From an uncultured Granulosicoccaceae bacterium (GTDB lineage Bacteria > Pseudomonadota > Gammaproteobacteria > Granulosicoccales > Granulosicoccaceae): a stretch of 64,000 bases of DNA. Both the position numbers and the translations under genes were made by a program. Below are positions 41,543 through 51,433 of this stretch, in pieces. The notes beneath the pieces are model-generated. The model was not told the DNA's origin. It saw nothing but the letters and a program-made list of their open reading frames with translations, and did no database searches. Numbering within the stretch: position 1 is the stretch's first letter; each line of letters starts with the position of its first letter. The stretch lies in contig CAYSZH010000003.1 in NCBI GenBank assembly GCA_964435305.1, positions 3,585 through 67,584 on the forward strand, in the 5' to 3' direction.

Positions 41543-43183
41543 ATGCCTGACGCTCTTAGCCATCTCCAGAAAAACCTGAATCAGTGGGCATCTGATGCGC
41601 AACAAGGGGGCTGGCTCAATGCCAGCGTCGCAAGCGCGCTCGATGCCGCTGTAGTGACCACACCAAGTGCTTTATTTGATAAACCCAATCGACCGCTGGT
41701 CGTCGGTTTTTTTGGTGGCACAGGCGTCGGCAAAAGCACGCTACTCAATCGTTTTGCCGGCGAAACCATCGCAAAAGCCAGCGCCGAGAGACCCACCTCG
41801 AGAAACATTACGCTATACGTTCACGAAGCCGTTTCAGTTGACAGGCTACCGGCTGAATTCCCACTCGATCGTATTAACACCAATACGCACAAAAACAATC
41901 AATATCGCTCAGTGTTGTGGATCGACATGCCAGATTTTGACAGCGTTGTGCAAAGTAATCGCGAGTTGGTTGATCAATGGCTACCGCATATTGATGTGGT
42001 GATTTATGTTGTCAGCCCTGATCGCTACAAAGATGACCACGGCTGGCGTCTGCTGCTCGAACATGGGCTACAACATGCCTGGTTATTTGTGATCAACCAC
42101 TGGGACAAAGGAAATGAACAGCAACGCGATGATTTTAAGCGTGTGTTGAATGAGGCGGGTTTAACTAACCCACTTCTGTTCTGCACCGACAGCAGTGGTT
42201 CGAGCGCATCAGCAGATGAGTTCGATGATTTTAGAGAAACAATAAACACACTCGCCGATCAACAATTGGTAGAACAACTTGAGGCACGTGGGGTGGTGCA
42301 GCGTCTCAAGAAAATACGAGAAGTCACCGAACAGCAACGCAGCTCGATTGGTTTAACTGAGAATACCACCGCCTATCAAGGTGCGTGGCCAGAACACTGG
42401 CAACCCAGTGCAACCCTACTGCAGGAATCCACCGACTGGAAAATCCCTGCACTCGCCGAAGCTTATGGGGCCAGCGAACCTGGCGTGCTTAATCGCTTAC
42501 TGAATCGAATTAGCGGCAAAACCGAAAAAAACGAACAGCCTCTTGCGCTGGCTCATAATCTTGGCAGTCTGACCGATGATGTGTATTTTGCACGGATAGA
42601 CGATGCAATCGACGATTTTGCGCACAGCGCATCGACAAAAAGCGTTTCGGTTAAAGCCATACAGCAGCACCTTGCGCCTGTAAAAGCACAGTGCAGAGAC
42701 CAGCTACCAGCGATCATTGAGCAAAGCGTACAGCGCTCACTGGCGACTCCAGGTAAGCCCTGGCAAAGATTGCTACACAGAACGCTCAAAATGCTGGCGT
42801 GGCTACTACCACTCACGGCACTCGCCTGGGTTGCGTTCAGGGTGGTCAATGTGTTCAGGCTGGGTGCTGATAATCCGGCAGCATACCTTAGCAGTAACTT
42901 TGCTGTGCACAGCCTGTTACTGGTTGGTATGGCCTGGTTAATACCCACATTATTGGCTTTTAAACTCAAACCAAAGCGCGCGGCGGCGGCGGCAAGCGGT
43001 GCTCGAGCTGGCATCACCCAAGCCAACGATTTTGTTGCAGAACAGGTAAACAGTGCCTTAAATCGGGCCGTAACAGAGCAATCGCGAACGCTTGAGGAAC
43101 TCGATGAGATTCTTGCCGGCGAAATTGAGTTTGACGATGGTCAACTGCCAGATTCCCTTCAACGCATGCTTATTAGCCGATAG
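41543..43183 (+). CDS. Dynamin-like / Era-like GTPase B with C-terminal TM hairpin
   Basis: G1 GGTGVGKST, G2 RPTS, G3 DMPDFDS, G4 NHWD; two hydrophobic helices near the C-terminus. Confidence 0.8.
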   Translation: MPDALSHLQKNLNQWASDAQQGGWLNASVASALDAAVVTTPSALFDKPNRPLVVGFFGGTGVGKSTLLNRFAGETIAKASAERPTSRNITLYVHEAVSVDRLPAEFPLDRINTNTHKNNQYRSVLWIDMPDFDSVVQSNRELVDQWLPHIDVVIYVVSPDRYKDDHGWRLLLEHGLQHAWLFVINHWDKGNEQQRDDFKRVLNEAGLTNPLLFCTDSSGSSASADEFDDFRETINTLADQQLVEQLEARGVVQRLKKIREVTEQQRSSIGLTENTTAYQGAWPEHWQPSATLLQESTDWKIPALAEAYGASEPGVLNRLLNRISGKTEKNEQPLALAHNLGSLTDDVYFARIDDAIDDFAHSASTKSVSVKAIQQHLAPVKAQCRDQLPAIIEQSVQRSLATPGKPWQRLLHRTLKMLAWLLPLTALAWVAFRVVNVFRLGADNPAAYLSSNFAVHSLLLVGMAWLIPTLLAFKLKPKRAAAAASGARAGITQANDFVAEQVNSALNRAVTEQSRTLEELDEILAGEIEFDDGQLPDSLQRMLISR

Positions 43184-43184
43184 G

Positions 43185-43979
43185 CTATGAATTAATAGCC
43201 GTTGCAGGTTCCCTGTAAGCGGGTGTTCGGGCAACAGTCCACAGCTGAACCGACGCTACTTGAGTATCCAATAGCTCACGGGCGAGCTCAGTCGTCGTGG
43301 CACCCGTGGTTAATACATCATCAACAATAGCCACATGCTTAGCGTAGAGCTCTTCTGAAACCGAAAAAGCGCCCGTGACAGCATGAGCCCGCTCGGCCCG
43401 CGAAAGGCCCGCCAGGGGCGGGGTACTTTCCACTCGGCAAGCCTGTTGCGCAAGCACGGGAATACTCAGACGTTTGCCACACCAAAACGCAATCTCAGCA
43501 GCATGATTGAATCCCCGTTCACGGTATCGCTTAGGATGCGCCGGAACCGGTAACAGATAATCCGGGCTAAAAACACCATTCGGGATGGCTTTGGTCACAT
43601 GACGGGCCAGTAAGGAACCCAATAGCCGCCCGGCGGGCAATCGACCACCGTATTTTAATCTTCTAATTAAAAAATCCACCGGATTCGCATAATAAAATGG
43701 CGAAAGAGTGCAGGAAAAAGGCGTCGGAAGTTCGGCACAGGTAGCGCATATTTCTCTGTTGTTGTGGGCAAGCAACAAACAACCGCAGCGCAGGCAGATG
43801 CTTTTCGCATTTTTTTGGCATGGCAGGCCGTTCATTGCGGGGAATTGCGCGAGGCAATTTGTACATAAATCGAGCTCAGAGCCCGTTTTTTGGTGGCAAA
43901 AACAACAAAAATGGGGAATCTTGCACGCGATAAATCGATCAAACAGGTGAGCTAAAGGCATTCCTTGCCCGTTTTTCAT
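43185..43979 (-). CDS. comF: ComF family competence protein (zinc finger + PRTase)
   Basis: Multiple CxxC, PVP.H..R..ERGFNHA, IVDDVLTTGAT, VART. Confidence 0.9.
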   Translation of the reverse strand: MKNGQGMPLAHLFDRFIACKIPHFCCFCHQKTGSELDLCTNCLAQFPAMNGLPCQKNAKSICLRCGCLLLAHNNREICATCAELPTPFSCTLSPFYYANPVDFLIRRLKYGGRLPAGRLLGSLLARHVTKAIPNGVFSPDYLLPVPAHPKRYRERGFNHAAEIAFWCGKRLSIPVLAQQACRVESTPPLAGLSRAERAHAVTGAFSVSEELYAKHVAIVDDVLTTGATTTELARELLDTQVASVQLWTVARTPAYREPATAINS

Positions 43980-44331
43980 GCGTTTTTCCTTTACTTGAGC
44001 TTCCCTTGCCCGCAGGATAGCCTACACTTCTATCAAGCAAAACGCTTGTAATTTAGTCCGGTGTTGTTGTATTTTTCACACACAATCAGGCCGGTTTATG
44101 TTTACAATTCGGTTGTTAGTCGCTATACAAGACAAAAAAACAACAAGTTTAAGGAACTCGCGGCTCAGGCACGTGTGACTGGAGGAACTTGAAAGTCTTC
44201 AGAAGCTTGGATAAATAGCGTCAGGGTGAGTGTTAAGTATCGGTAGATGTGGCCGTTGCGTCAGATTGACGTACAGCTTATTTTGCGGATCAACAAGAAA
44301 TTTAAAATCTGTCAACTAGTGGGAGCTAGAG

Positions 44332-45006
44332 ATGAAAAATGTCATAGCAGTAAGTTCAGTCGCAGCCTTGCTTTTGGGCAGCAGCGCGGTGTTCGCGCAC
44401 GAGAAAGCCATTGACGGTGATATTGCCATTGAAGGTGACGCCACAAGCGGTTTGGCCTCGGCTGGCGGCAACGCCATTCTCACAGGCCTTGGTGAGTGCT
44501 TGCAAATCGGTGGTTACTCAGAAGACAACACCAATCTGGGTTGTGAAGGTAAAGAAGCTGAAGCAGAGCCTGAGCCAGAACCAGAACCAGAAGCCGAGCC
44601 AGTTGCTGCACCAAAAGTTGAAGAAGCACCACCAGAGCCAATCGTGTCAATTGCCACATTAGGCGGCAAAGCACTGTTTGATACAAACGCTGCAACACTC
44701 AATGGCGAAGGCGAAGAAGCGCTGGCCGGTCTGATCGTACAACTGGAACGGTTTCAGGAAATTACGTCCATGACGGTAACAGGTCACACTGATGACCGTG
44801 GTTCTGATGCATACAATCAGGGCCTTTCTGAGCGCCGCGCCGAGACTGTAGCTTCATACCTGCAAGCCGCATATCCTGATGTCACAATCAATGCTCAAGG
44901 CCTTGGTGAAACAGTGCCTCGTGAAACCAACTCAACACCGGAAGGCCGTCAGGCTAACCGTCGTGTAGAAGTTCAGGTTACAGCCAAGAGCGTTACTCAG
45001 AACTAA
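44332..45006 (+). CDS. OmpA C-terminal (peptidoglycan-binding) domain protein, RmpM-like
   Basis: Signal peptide, Cys pair, EP-rich linker, LFD, GHTD.RGS..YNQ.LSERRA, NRRVE; no beta-barrel domain. Confidence 0.9.
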   Translation: MKNVIAVSSVAALLLGSSAVFAHEKAIDGDIAIEGDATSGLASAGGNAILTGLGECLQIGGYSEDNTNLGCEGKEAEAEPEPEPEPEAEPVAAPKVEEAPPEPIVSIATLGGKALFDTNAATLNGEGEEALAGLIVQLERFQEITSMTVTGHTDDRGSDAYNQGLSERRAETVASYLQAAYPDVTINAQGLGETVPRETNSTPEGRQANRRVEVQVTAKSVTQN

Positions 45007-45033
45007 GCACACACGTCGTTGTGTTTTGAACGG

Positions 45034-45066
45034 GGCCGGGTAGCGCAAGCTACCCGGCCTTTTTTT
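45034..45066 (+). terminator. Rho-independent terminator
   Basis: GGCCGGGTAGC-GCAA-GCTACCCGGCC followed by T7. Confidence 0.93.
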
Positions 45067-45239
45067 GTGCCAACTGCTTAACTGAATAACACCGCACCAC
45101 ATTCCTTCCGAAACAACGTGCACAGGCTTATACGATTAAGCGCTTTGTTTTTTGAAAAGCACAGAACTTTCCATCCCTTCAATCACTCTAATTTAAACGG
45201 TTTACGCCACTCTCATTTTCGCGGAACAACGAGGTTGTT

Positions 45240-46355
45240 ATGAAACACCTGGTACGTGCTTTCCTTATTTTTACTATTTGTGGCGTCACCTACGCTCAAT
45301 CTAATGGCTTTTTACCAAAAGGCGAATTCCCAAAAACAGATTTTGACAATATGTCGGTGGATTTGGGCAGCATATTATCAGGTGGTCCGCCACGCGATGG
45401 TATTCCTGCCATCGATAAGCCAACATTCATCAGCATAGAAGAAAGTGCCGAATGGCTTGGTGGCCAGGAGCCCGTGGTGTCGTTTTTTGAAGGCGATGAT
45501 GCCCGAGCTTATCCACTGCAAATTTTGATCTATCACGAAATCGTTAACGACACTGTCAACAACAAACCCGTGACCGTCACGTTTTGCCCTCTATGTAATG
45601 CCTCCATCGTTTTTGATCGTACTATCGAGAATGAAATATTGGATTTCGGTACCACGGGCCGATTAAGAAAAAGCGATCTGATCATGTACGATCGGCAAAC
45701 CGAAAGTTGGTGGCAGCAATTCACCGGCATGGGGATTATTGGCGACTACAACGCAGTCGAACTAAAACAGCTGCCATCTCAAATCGTGTCCTTTGATACA
45801 TTTCGTACAAATTTCCCAGGCGGCAAAGTACTCGACAAAGAAACTGGTTTTGCACGGCCTTATGGTCGCAATCCCTATTCAGGCTATGACGATATCAACA
45901 ATAATCCGTTTCTCTTTAAAGGCGAACTGGATGGCAGACTACCGCCAATGGAACGTGTCTTGAGCTTAAGTGCAGAAAAGAATTCATCTTTATTAATCCC
46001 GTTAAGTACGCTTGAAAAACAAACGCTGATTAACACAAACTATAACGACACACCGATTGCTGTTATCGCATCCACCACCGCCAACTCAGCGCTGGATAAA
46101 TCTGAAATAGCAGAATCTCGCCTGGTACCAGCAGCAGCCGCATTTGATGCTCGAGTAAACGGGCAAACGCTGACACTTAAAAACGCAAATAATCAAGTTG
46201 TTGATGAACAAACTGGCAGTGTTTGGAATGCGTTTGGCCAGGCAATTGAAGGTAAGTTAAAGGGTCAGTCCATGCAGCAAATTGACAGAGGTGTACATTT
46301 TGCCTTTGCCTGGTTAGCATTTGAACCTGAATCGGATATCTATAAAGCCGAATAA
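45240..46355 (+). CDS. DUF3179 family exported protein
   Basis: GGPPRDGIPAID, RAYPLQIL..HEIVND, TFCPLC, MYDRQTESWWQQ, FAFAW. Confidence 0.88.
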   Translation: MKHLVRAFLIFTICGVTYAQSNGFLPKGEFPKTDFDNMSVDLGSILSGGPPRDGIPAIDKPTFISIEESAEWLGGQEPVVSFFEGDDARAYPLQILIYHEIVNDTVNNKPVTVTFCPLCNASIVFDRTIENEILDFGTTGRLRKSDLIMYDRQTESWWQQFTGMGIIGDYNAVELKQLPSQIVSFDTFRTNFPGGKVLDKETGFARPYGRNPYSGYDDINNNPFLFKGELDGRLPPMERVLSLSAEKNSSLLIPLSTLEKQTLINTNYNDTPIAVIASTTANSALDKSEIAESRLVPAAAAFDARVNGQTLTLKNANNQVVDEQTGSVWNAFGQAIEGKLKGQSMQQIDRGVHFAFAWLAFEPESDIYKAE

Positions 46356-46450
46356 GCCCAAGGAAACGGCCGTCGGAACTAATCCAGAACTGAGAAGATA
46401 ATAGAGGCTACGAAAAGCTGCGCTGGCGGCAAGCTAAAGACGTTGCCGGA

Positions 46451-48457
46451 TTATTGAATAAAAACCTTGTCAAACTGATCCATTATGTAATCGTAGTCTG
46501 GATTATACGTTGCACGTGCAACTGGCACACCATCAGGAGATGGTGTGTGCTGCGCTCCAAACCAGTGTGAGCCTGGGTAGCGAAGACAAGCACTAAAAAC
46601 ACTCCACTCATTGCCGTTACACACCAGCACTTTGCCATTCTCACCAAACAAGGGGTTCGCTTTAGATAGCAGCAAGCTCTGGTGAGACTGGTTTAACACA
46701 CGTTTTTCAATATAACGACTGTTGCGGTACTCTATTGATGCAGTAGAAGACGTATGCACCGTTGTGGCCTTTTCGTTGTCGTACACAATCAATTTTTTAT
46801 CTCCAACAAAACCCTTTTTAAAAGTTCGCTCGATATAGCCAATATCAATGACAGAGTCGTTTCTTGACGCAATCATTAATACTGGTATGTCTAAGGCCTT
46901 TTTAGGCCAACGTCTTTTTAAAACTCGGGTCGTTTTGTAGTATTGGGATGCACCGTTGATCGGAATCGAATTGTATTTTGTGGGATTATCTTCGATAATC
47001 ATGCCATCAAAAACCCAGGGCTTAATGACAGAGTAGATGCCAGCCCAGCGCAATAAATGATTTAACTTGCTGTGGTAAGCCGGCGAGAACAACAGCAGCC
47101 CATCCACATTAGACGACTCTGCTGCGAGCAAGGTTGCGATCACACCACCAAGCGAAAAACCACCTAAATAAAAGGGCTTTCCTGGTTCTCTGTAAATAGC
47201 CGCATGATTGCGTGCCGCCCTGATCCAGGCTTTATAAGAAATTCCTAATTGTGCTCTTGGCGAATTACCATGACCCGGTAACAAAATGGCTCGCACATCA
47301 AAACCTTTTTTCGCAATATCGCTTGCAACATCACGCCATACATAAGGCGAGTCGTTTAAGCCATGAATAAGTAAAAACTTGCCTCTATAGGGTACAGCGC
47401 TATTCGCCACCAACTCAAATGGTAAATTGAACTGCACGTCTTCAGCAGTTCGTTGAGGCATTTGTGTAGCCCGCAAAAACTCATCAAGTTCTTTTATGTG
47501 CTGAACAAAATTTGCATTTGGCGCAGGAAACTGCCGGTATGTTTTACTATCGTTAGCTCTAAGAGCACCCACAGGAGCAAGCAACAATATAACGCTAATG
47601 GTAATTGCCAGCACGCCAACAAACTCTCGGCGCGTAATCGATTCCTTGAAGAACAGTGTGGTCAGCATCAATGTAAAGATAAATTCGACTTGCCCCAATG
47701 ATTTTACCAAAGCCGGATTAGTGTATGTCATTGCGGTAAACCAGCCAATTGATCCGAGTGCGCTGGTTGCTCCTACAAACAAGGCCAAACCTTTACGCTG
47801 CCCAATAAGCGCAAGTTGCCCAGGCTCTTTTATAACACTGTAGATTAAACAAATTAATGCCTGAAAGCTGACAATGCAAAACAGAGTGATGGCGGCACTT
47901 TCAAGCACACCCAAGCCTAAACTCAAACTGGCCTCTCGCACCCATAATGATGTTATGGCAAAGCAAGCACCCGATAGCGTGCCAAAGAGTATATTCATCG
48001 GTTGCCATGGCATCTTCTTGGCTGGAACACTCACGATGAGAATTCCCACAAAGCCCACCAGCACCGCCAACCAACCAATCCACGATAGCGCAGATCCAAA
48101 AAATACTGTGCCAAATGCTGCCGCCTGTACGGCTTCAGTTTTTGCAAAACTGGTTCCAACGGCAAAGTTTCTATAGCTAAACGTTTTTACTAAAAGAAAT
48201 GTAGCAACGATTTGTGCAACCGCTGCTGGTGCGGCATAGACAACAAATCGGTTTAACTGCAAAGCGCTTGCTATGGAAGACAGACTTTCCGATCTTAAAA
48301 TGAAGTACAAGTACAGCAAGACAAATGGCCAACCAAAAACGTATCTTGCCAGTGTTGAGCTCATTGTCGTCAAGCTACTGGTCAATTGCTTTTGCCCAGC
48401 CGTTCTGATGGCCTGCATTAACGCTGCAAAAACAGTAAAGAGTACCCAACTGCTCAT
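46451..48457 (-). CDS. Fusion of EamA/DMT transporter and alpha/beta-hydrolase
   Basis: Residues ~1-292 are hydrophobic DMT (RNFAVG..AKTE, VKSLGQVE); the rest carries LIHGLNDSP, GHG, GFSLGG, NDSVID, SHQS in one continuous frame. Confidence 0.8.
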   Translation of the reverse strand: MSSWVLFTVFAALMQAIRTAGQKQLTSSLTTMSSTLARYVFGWPFVLLYLYFILRSESLSSIASALQLNRFVVYAAPAAVAQIVATFLLVKTFSYRNFAVGTSFAKTEAVQAAAFGTVFFGSALSWIGWLAVLVGFVGILIVSVPAKKMPWQPMNILFGTLSGACFAITSLWVREASLSLGLGVLESAAITLFCIVSFQALICLIYSVIKEPGQLALIGQRKGLALFVGATSALGSIGWFTAMTYTNPALVKSLGQVEFIFTLMLTTLFFKESITRREFVGVLAITISVILLLAPVGALRANDSKTYRQFPAPNANFVQHIKELDEFLRATQMPQRTAEDVQFNLPFELVANSAVPYRGKFLLIHGLNDSPYVWRDVASDIAKKGFDVRAILLPGHGNSPRAQLGISYKAWIRAARNHAAIYREPGKPFYLGGFSLGGVIATLLAAESSNVDGLLLFSPAYHSKLNHLLRWAGIYSVIKPWVFDGMIIEDNPTKYNSIPINGASQYYKTTRVLKRRWPKKALDIPVLMIASRNDSVIDIGYIERTFKKGFVGDKKLIVYDNEKATTVHTSSTASIEYRNSRYIEKRVLNQSHQSLLLSKANPLFGENGKVLVCNGNEWSVFSACLRYPGSHWFGAQHTPSPDGVPVARATYNPDYDYIMDQFDKVFIQ

Positions 48458-48520
48458 GTTATTACCGTCATTAAAAACAACCGTAGTAAATTGCGCTGTA
48501 GCGCAAATTCAATCAATTAA

Positions 48521-49492
48521 TCACTTTACTCGTCGTGACAGCAACGCAGCAAAATCGATCCGAAATAAACCAGACATAACAATAACAGCAATTCCGATCG
48601 CAGCCATTGTTGATAAGGCATCTTTGAAAAATAGCAAACCAATAAAGGTGGCCGACACCACTTGCATATAAACCACCGGTGCAAGCGTTGCAGGTGTTGC
48701 ACGGGATAGCGCCATTATAGAGAAAAGATTTGCCAATACCGATGTCACACCTGATACAAGCAGTAAGGTAGGTTCCTGTAAGCCATACTTTAACAATTCA
48801 TACAATCCCAACGGTGTTAGCAGTACAGCAGCAATCGAAAATTGTGCCGCCACTTGCATCAAGGGCGGCCCCGATGCGGCTGCCCAGCGAGTTGCGGTTA
48901 AAAAAGCGCCATAGAATATCCCTGCCAGCAAAGCCCAATAAACGCCAATGGACGATGCTGCATTAGCGGGCGCTATTAAGACCGCGGAGTCGCTGTCTTG
49001 ATCTGCCGGGATTCGAGAATCAAAACCGTGTTGGAGTCCAGCAAGTGTTTCACGCAGGACGGCAGGCTGCAGTACAAGCAGCACACCCATAAATCCAACG
49101 ATGACAGAAATCCAATCCAGCGTATTAGGTTTTTCACCCAGCAACACGGCCGAGAGTACAACAGCCAATATCGGACCTACAAAAAAAGCACCAAAGACAT
49201 CGGCAATAGGGCTTAAGCCAACGGCTTTAATGATGGTCACCACGGTGAGCACGATAAGCACCCCGCGCAACATCTGGCGGCCCCAAAACTGTTGAGACAA
49301 GGGCTCAGACCCTTTAGCGCGTACAGCAAATGGAATAATAAAAAGGCTACCAATAAGGAATCTAATCCAGGCCACGATCGATGCAGAATACGGGCTTGAA
49401 TTCAGTACAACCTTTGCAATAGCATCCCCAACCGGAATAAGCACCATGCCAAGCATCATAAAAGCAACAGCCGCAAGCGTTTTACTGTTCAA
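48521..49492 (-). CDS. EamA/DMT family transporter
   Basis: DAIAK, WIRF, LRG, FFVGP, LLGEK, LAPVVYMQ; probable TTG start at 49492. Confidence 0.85.
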   Translation of the reverse strand: MNSKTLAAVAFMMLGMVLIPVGDAIAKVVLNSSPYSASIVAWIRFLIGSLFIIPFAVRAKGSEPLSQQFWGRQMLRGVLIVLTVVTIIKAVGLSPIADVFGAFFVGPILAVVLSAVLLGEKPNTLDWISVIVGFMGVLLVLQPAVLRETLAGLQHGFDSRIPADQDSDSAVLIAPANAASSIGVYWALLAGIFYGAFLTATRWAAASGPPLMQVAAQFSIAAVLLTPLGLYELLKYGLQEPTLLLVSGVTSVLANLFSIMALSRATPATLAPVVYMQVVSATFIGLLFFKDALSTMAAIGIAVIVMSGLFRIDFAALLSRRVK

Positions 49493-49496
49493 ATTT

Positions 49497-50633
49497 CTAC
49501 GCCGGGAGCCGCTGCCGTACCAAGCTCGACCAAAACAATACACCGGTTTCAAGCAAATCGTCGTTAAAATCGTAGTCAGTTGAATGTAAGGCTTGCGCGT
49601 GCGCTCCGCTCTCACCGTTACCTAACAGCAAAAAACAACCGGGTACAGCCGCACTGAATTGGGCAAAATCTTCTGAAAAGCTCATTGGCGAACAATTGGC
49701 ATCGATGTTCAGGTCGAGATCTATCGATACTTCGGCCACTGCATCAGTGGGTTCTTGGGCATTAATGGCTTCGACAAACTCGGTGTCGAATGTCATATCG
49801 ATGGTCACAGCATGAGACGCCGCCACACCAGCAACAATTTGTCGCATAAATTTTTCTATGCTATTTCGATCTTCTGGCACTCGCGCCCGCACATCACCTT
49901 TTAAAATTGCCGTGCCTGGCAGTACATTGCGTTGCCCATCAGTGATAAATTCAGTTACTGACAAAACTGCACCCGAGTCGGGGGCCAGCTTACGCGACAC
50001 AATAGTTTGTAAGGCCATCACCAGCTCGGCACCTACTGTTATCGCATCCACACCCAACTGCGGCATTGAGGCATGCCCGCCTTTCCCGCTTATCGTTATG
50101 GTAAAGAGGCTTTCGCTGGCGCAAATTTGCCCTACGCGCGTTTTGACATAACCCATAGGCATACCCGGCATATTGTGGATGCCGTACACTTCCTGAATCG
50201 GATGCTTCTGTAAAAAACCTTCATCCAGCATGGCTTTAGCACCCAGGCCATGCTCTTCATTTGGCTGAAAAATAAACACCACCGTGCCGTTAAATGAAGG
50301 GTTGTTGGCTAACTGCTCTGCAGCACCCAAGAGCATCGCCGTATGACCATCATGGCCACAGGCATGCATCACTCCAGGCGTTTGCGATACATAATCGTGA
50401 GTAGAAGTCTCGCTTAATGGCAACGCATCCATATCCGCGCGCAAACCGATCATCCGATTGCCGTGGCCAGACTTAAGCACACCCACAACTCCACAGCCTT
50501 CGTGAACCTCAAGGCCGAGCTTGCGCAAGTGTGCGGCAACCACAGACTTAGTGCGTTCCTCTTGAAAACCAAGTTCAGGGTGACGGTGTAAATCTTGACG
50601 AACGGCGCGCAGCGACTTGATCAGGTTGCTCAT
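49497..50633 (-). CDS. M20 family amidohydrolase (hippurate hydrolase/Acy1-like)
   Basis: HPELGFQE, RADMDAL, MHACGHDGH, FQPNEE, GGHAS, SEDF. Confidence 0.92.
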   Translation of the reverse strand: MSNLIKSLRAVRQDLHRHPELGFQEERTKSVVAAHLRKLGLEVHEGCGVVGVLKSGHGNRMIGLRADMDALPLSETSTHDYVSQTPGVMHACGHDGHTAMLLGAAEQLANNPSFNGTVVFIFQPNEEHGLGAKAMLDEGFLQKHPIQEVYGIHNMPGMPMGYVKTRVGQICASESLFTITISGKGGHASMPQLGVDAITVGAELVMALQTIVSRKLAPDSGAVLSVTEFITDGQRNVLPGTAILKGDVRARVPEDRNSIEKFMRQIVAGVAASHAVTIDMTFDTEFVEAINAQEPTDAVAEVSIDLDLNIDANCSPMSFSEDFAQFSAAVPGCFLLLGNGESGAHAQALHSTDYDFNDDLLETGVLFWSSLVRQRLPA

Positions 50634-50735
50634 GCTGTACTTCCGGGTTTCAGTCTCAAGTGTCCTAGGGGCCGAAAAAGATGAAAGAGACAGCCTAACA
50701 TTCACACAATAGGCGTGCTCAACTATCGTGTGGCG

Positions 50736-51410
50736 TTAATCTATGGCCGCGTACGAGCGCTGCACGCTAATTAGCCCTGAAAGCATTTGCGTGGCGGCGA
50801 CCACCCCGTCAATCACGGGCAAGGAATGCACCTTTGACAAGCGCATAGCCAGCGGTGCCATGCCTGCGCATCCCAGCACAATAGCGCCCGCACCATCGTT
50901 GGCTTTAGCGCGGGCAATTTCCTCAGATACTTTATCTTCTGCTGCGCTTCCAGGCTCTTCCAAAGCCAGCACGGGTACATCGCTAGCTCTTACCCGGCAG
51001 CACATCGATGCTATGCCATAACGCTCTAAATTTTCCTCTATAACTGGAATTGACACCGCCAATGTGGTCACAACAGAAAAGCGATGCCCCAGCATCATAC
51101 TGGCGTGGAATGCAGCCTCACCAATACCCAGCACCGGTTTATTGGTAAGCGCACGACAGGCATCAAGCCCGGTATCATCAAAACAAGCGATGATAAAACC
51201 GTCCATACCATCGGCAATACCGGTTTTGATTTCACTGAGCAAACCGGGCACAGCCGCATCTCCGTCTTCTGCGCCCTGAATAGATGCTGGGCCAGATTTT
51301 GATGTCGCCGTATGGACGCTCAGGTGTGTTGGCGCAAAAGCACGTGCAGCCTGCCCGACTTTTTCTGTCATCGACTCTGTCGTGTTGGGGTTAACAATAA
51401 GAATATTCAT
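50736..51410 (-). CDS. Hydantoin/allantoin racemase family protein
   Basis: NPNTT.SMT, GP.SI, two catalytic Cys motifs IACFDD and LGCAGM, PVIDGV. Confidence 0.92.
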   Translation of the reverse strand: MNILIVNPNTTESMTEKVGQAARAFAPTHLSVHTATSKSGPASIQGAEDGDAAVPGLLSEIKTGIADGMDGFIIACFDDTGLDACRALTNKPVLGIGEAAFHASMMLGHRFSVVTTLAVSIPVIEENLERYGIASMCCRVRASDVPVLALEEPGSAAEDKVSEEIARAKANDGAGAIVLGCAGMAPLAMRLSKVHSLPVIDGVVAATQMLSGLISVQRSYAAID

Positions 51411-51433
51411 GGCATGTTTATCAATTGTGCGGC

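Noticed and set aside
43980-44331. Possible sRNA or riboswitch in the 350-bp comF-ompA gap
   Set aside because: No recognisable conserved RNA motif by eye; long leaders are common for ompA-type genes. An Rfam/Infernal scan would be needed.
44560-44640. GAGCCA/GAACCA repeats
   Set aside because: Encode the ordinary Glu-Pro linker of the OmpA-domain protein
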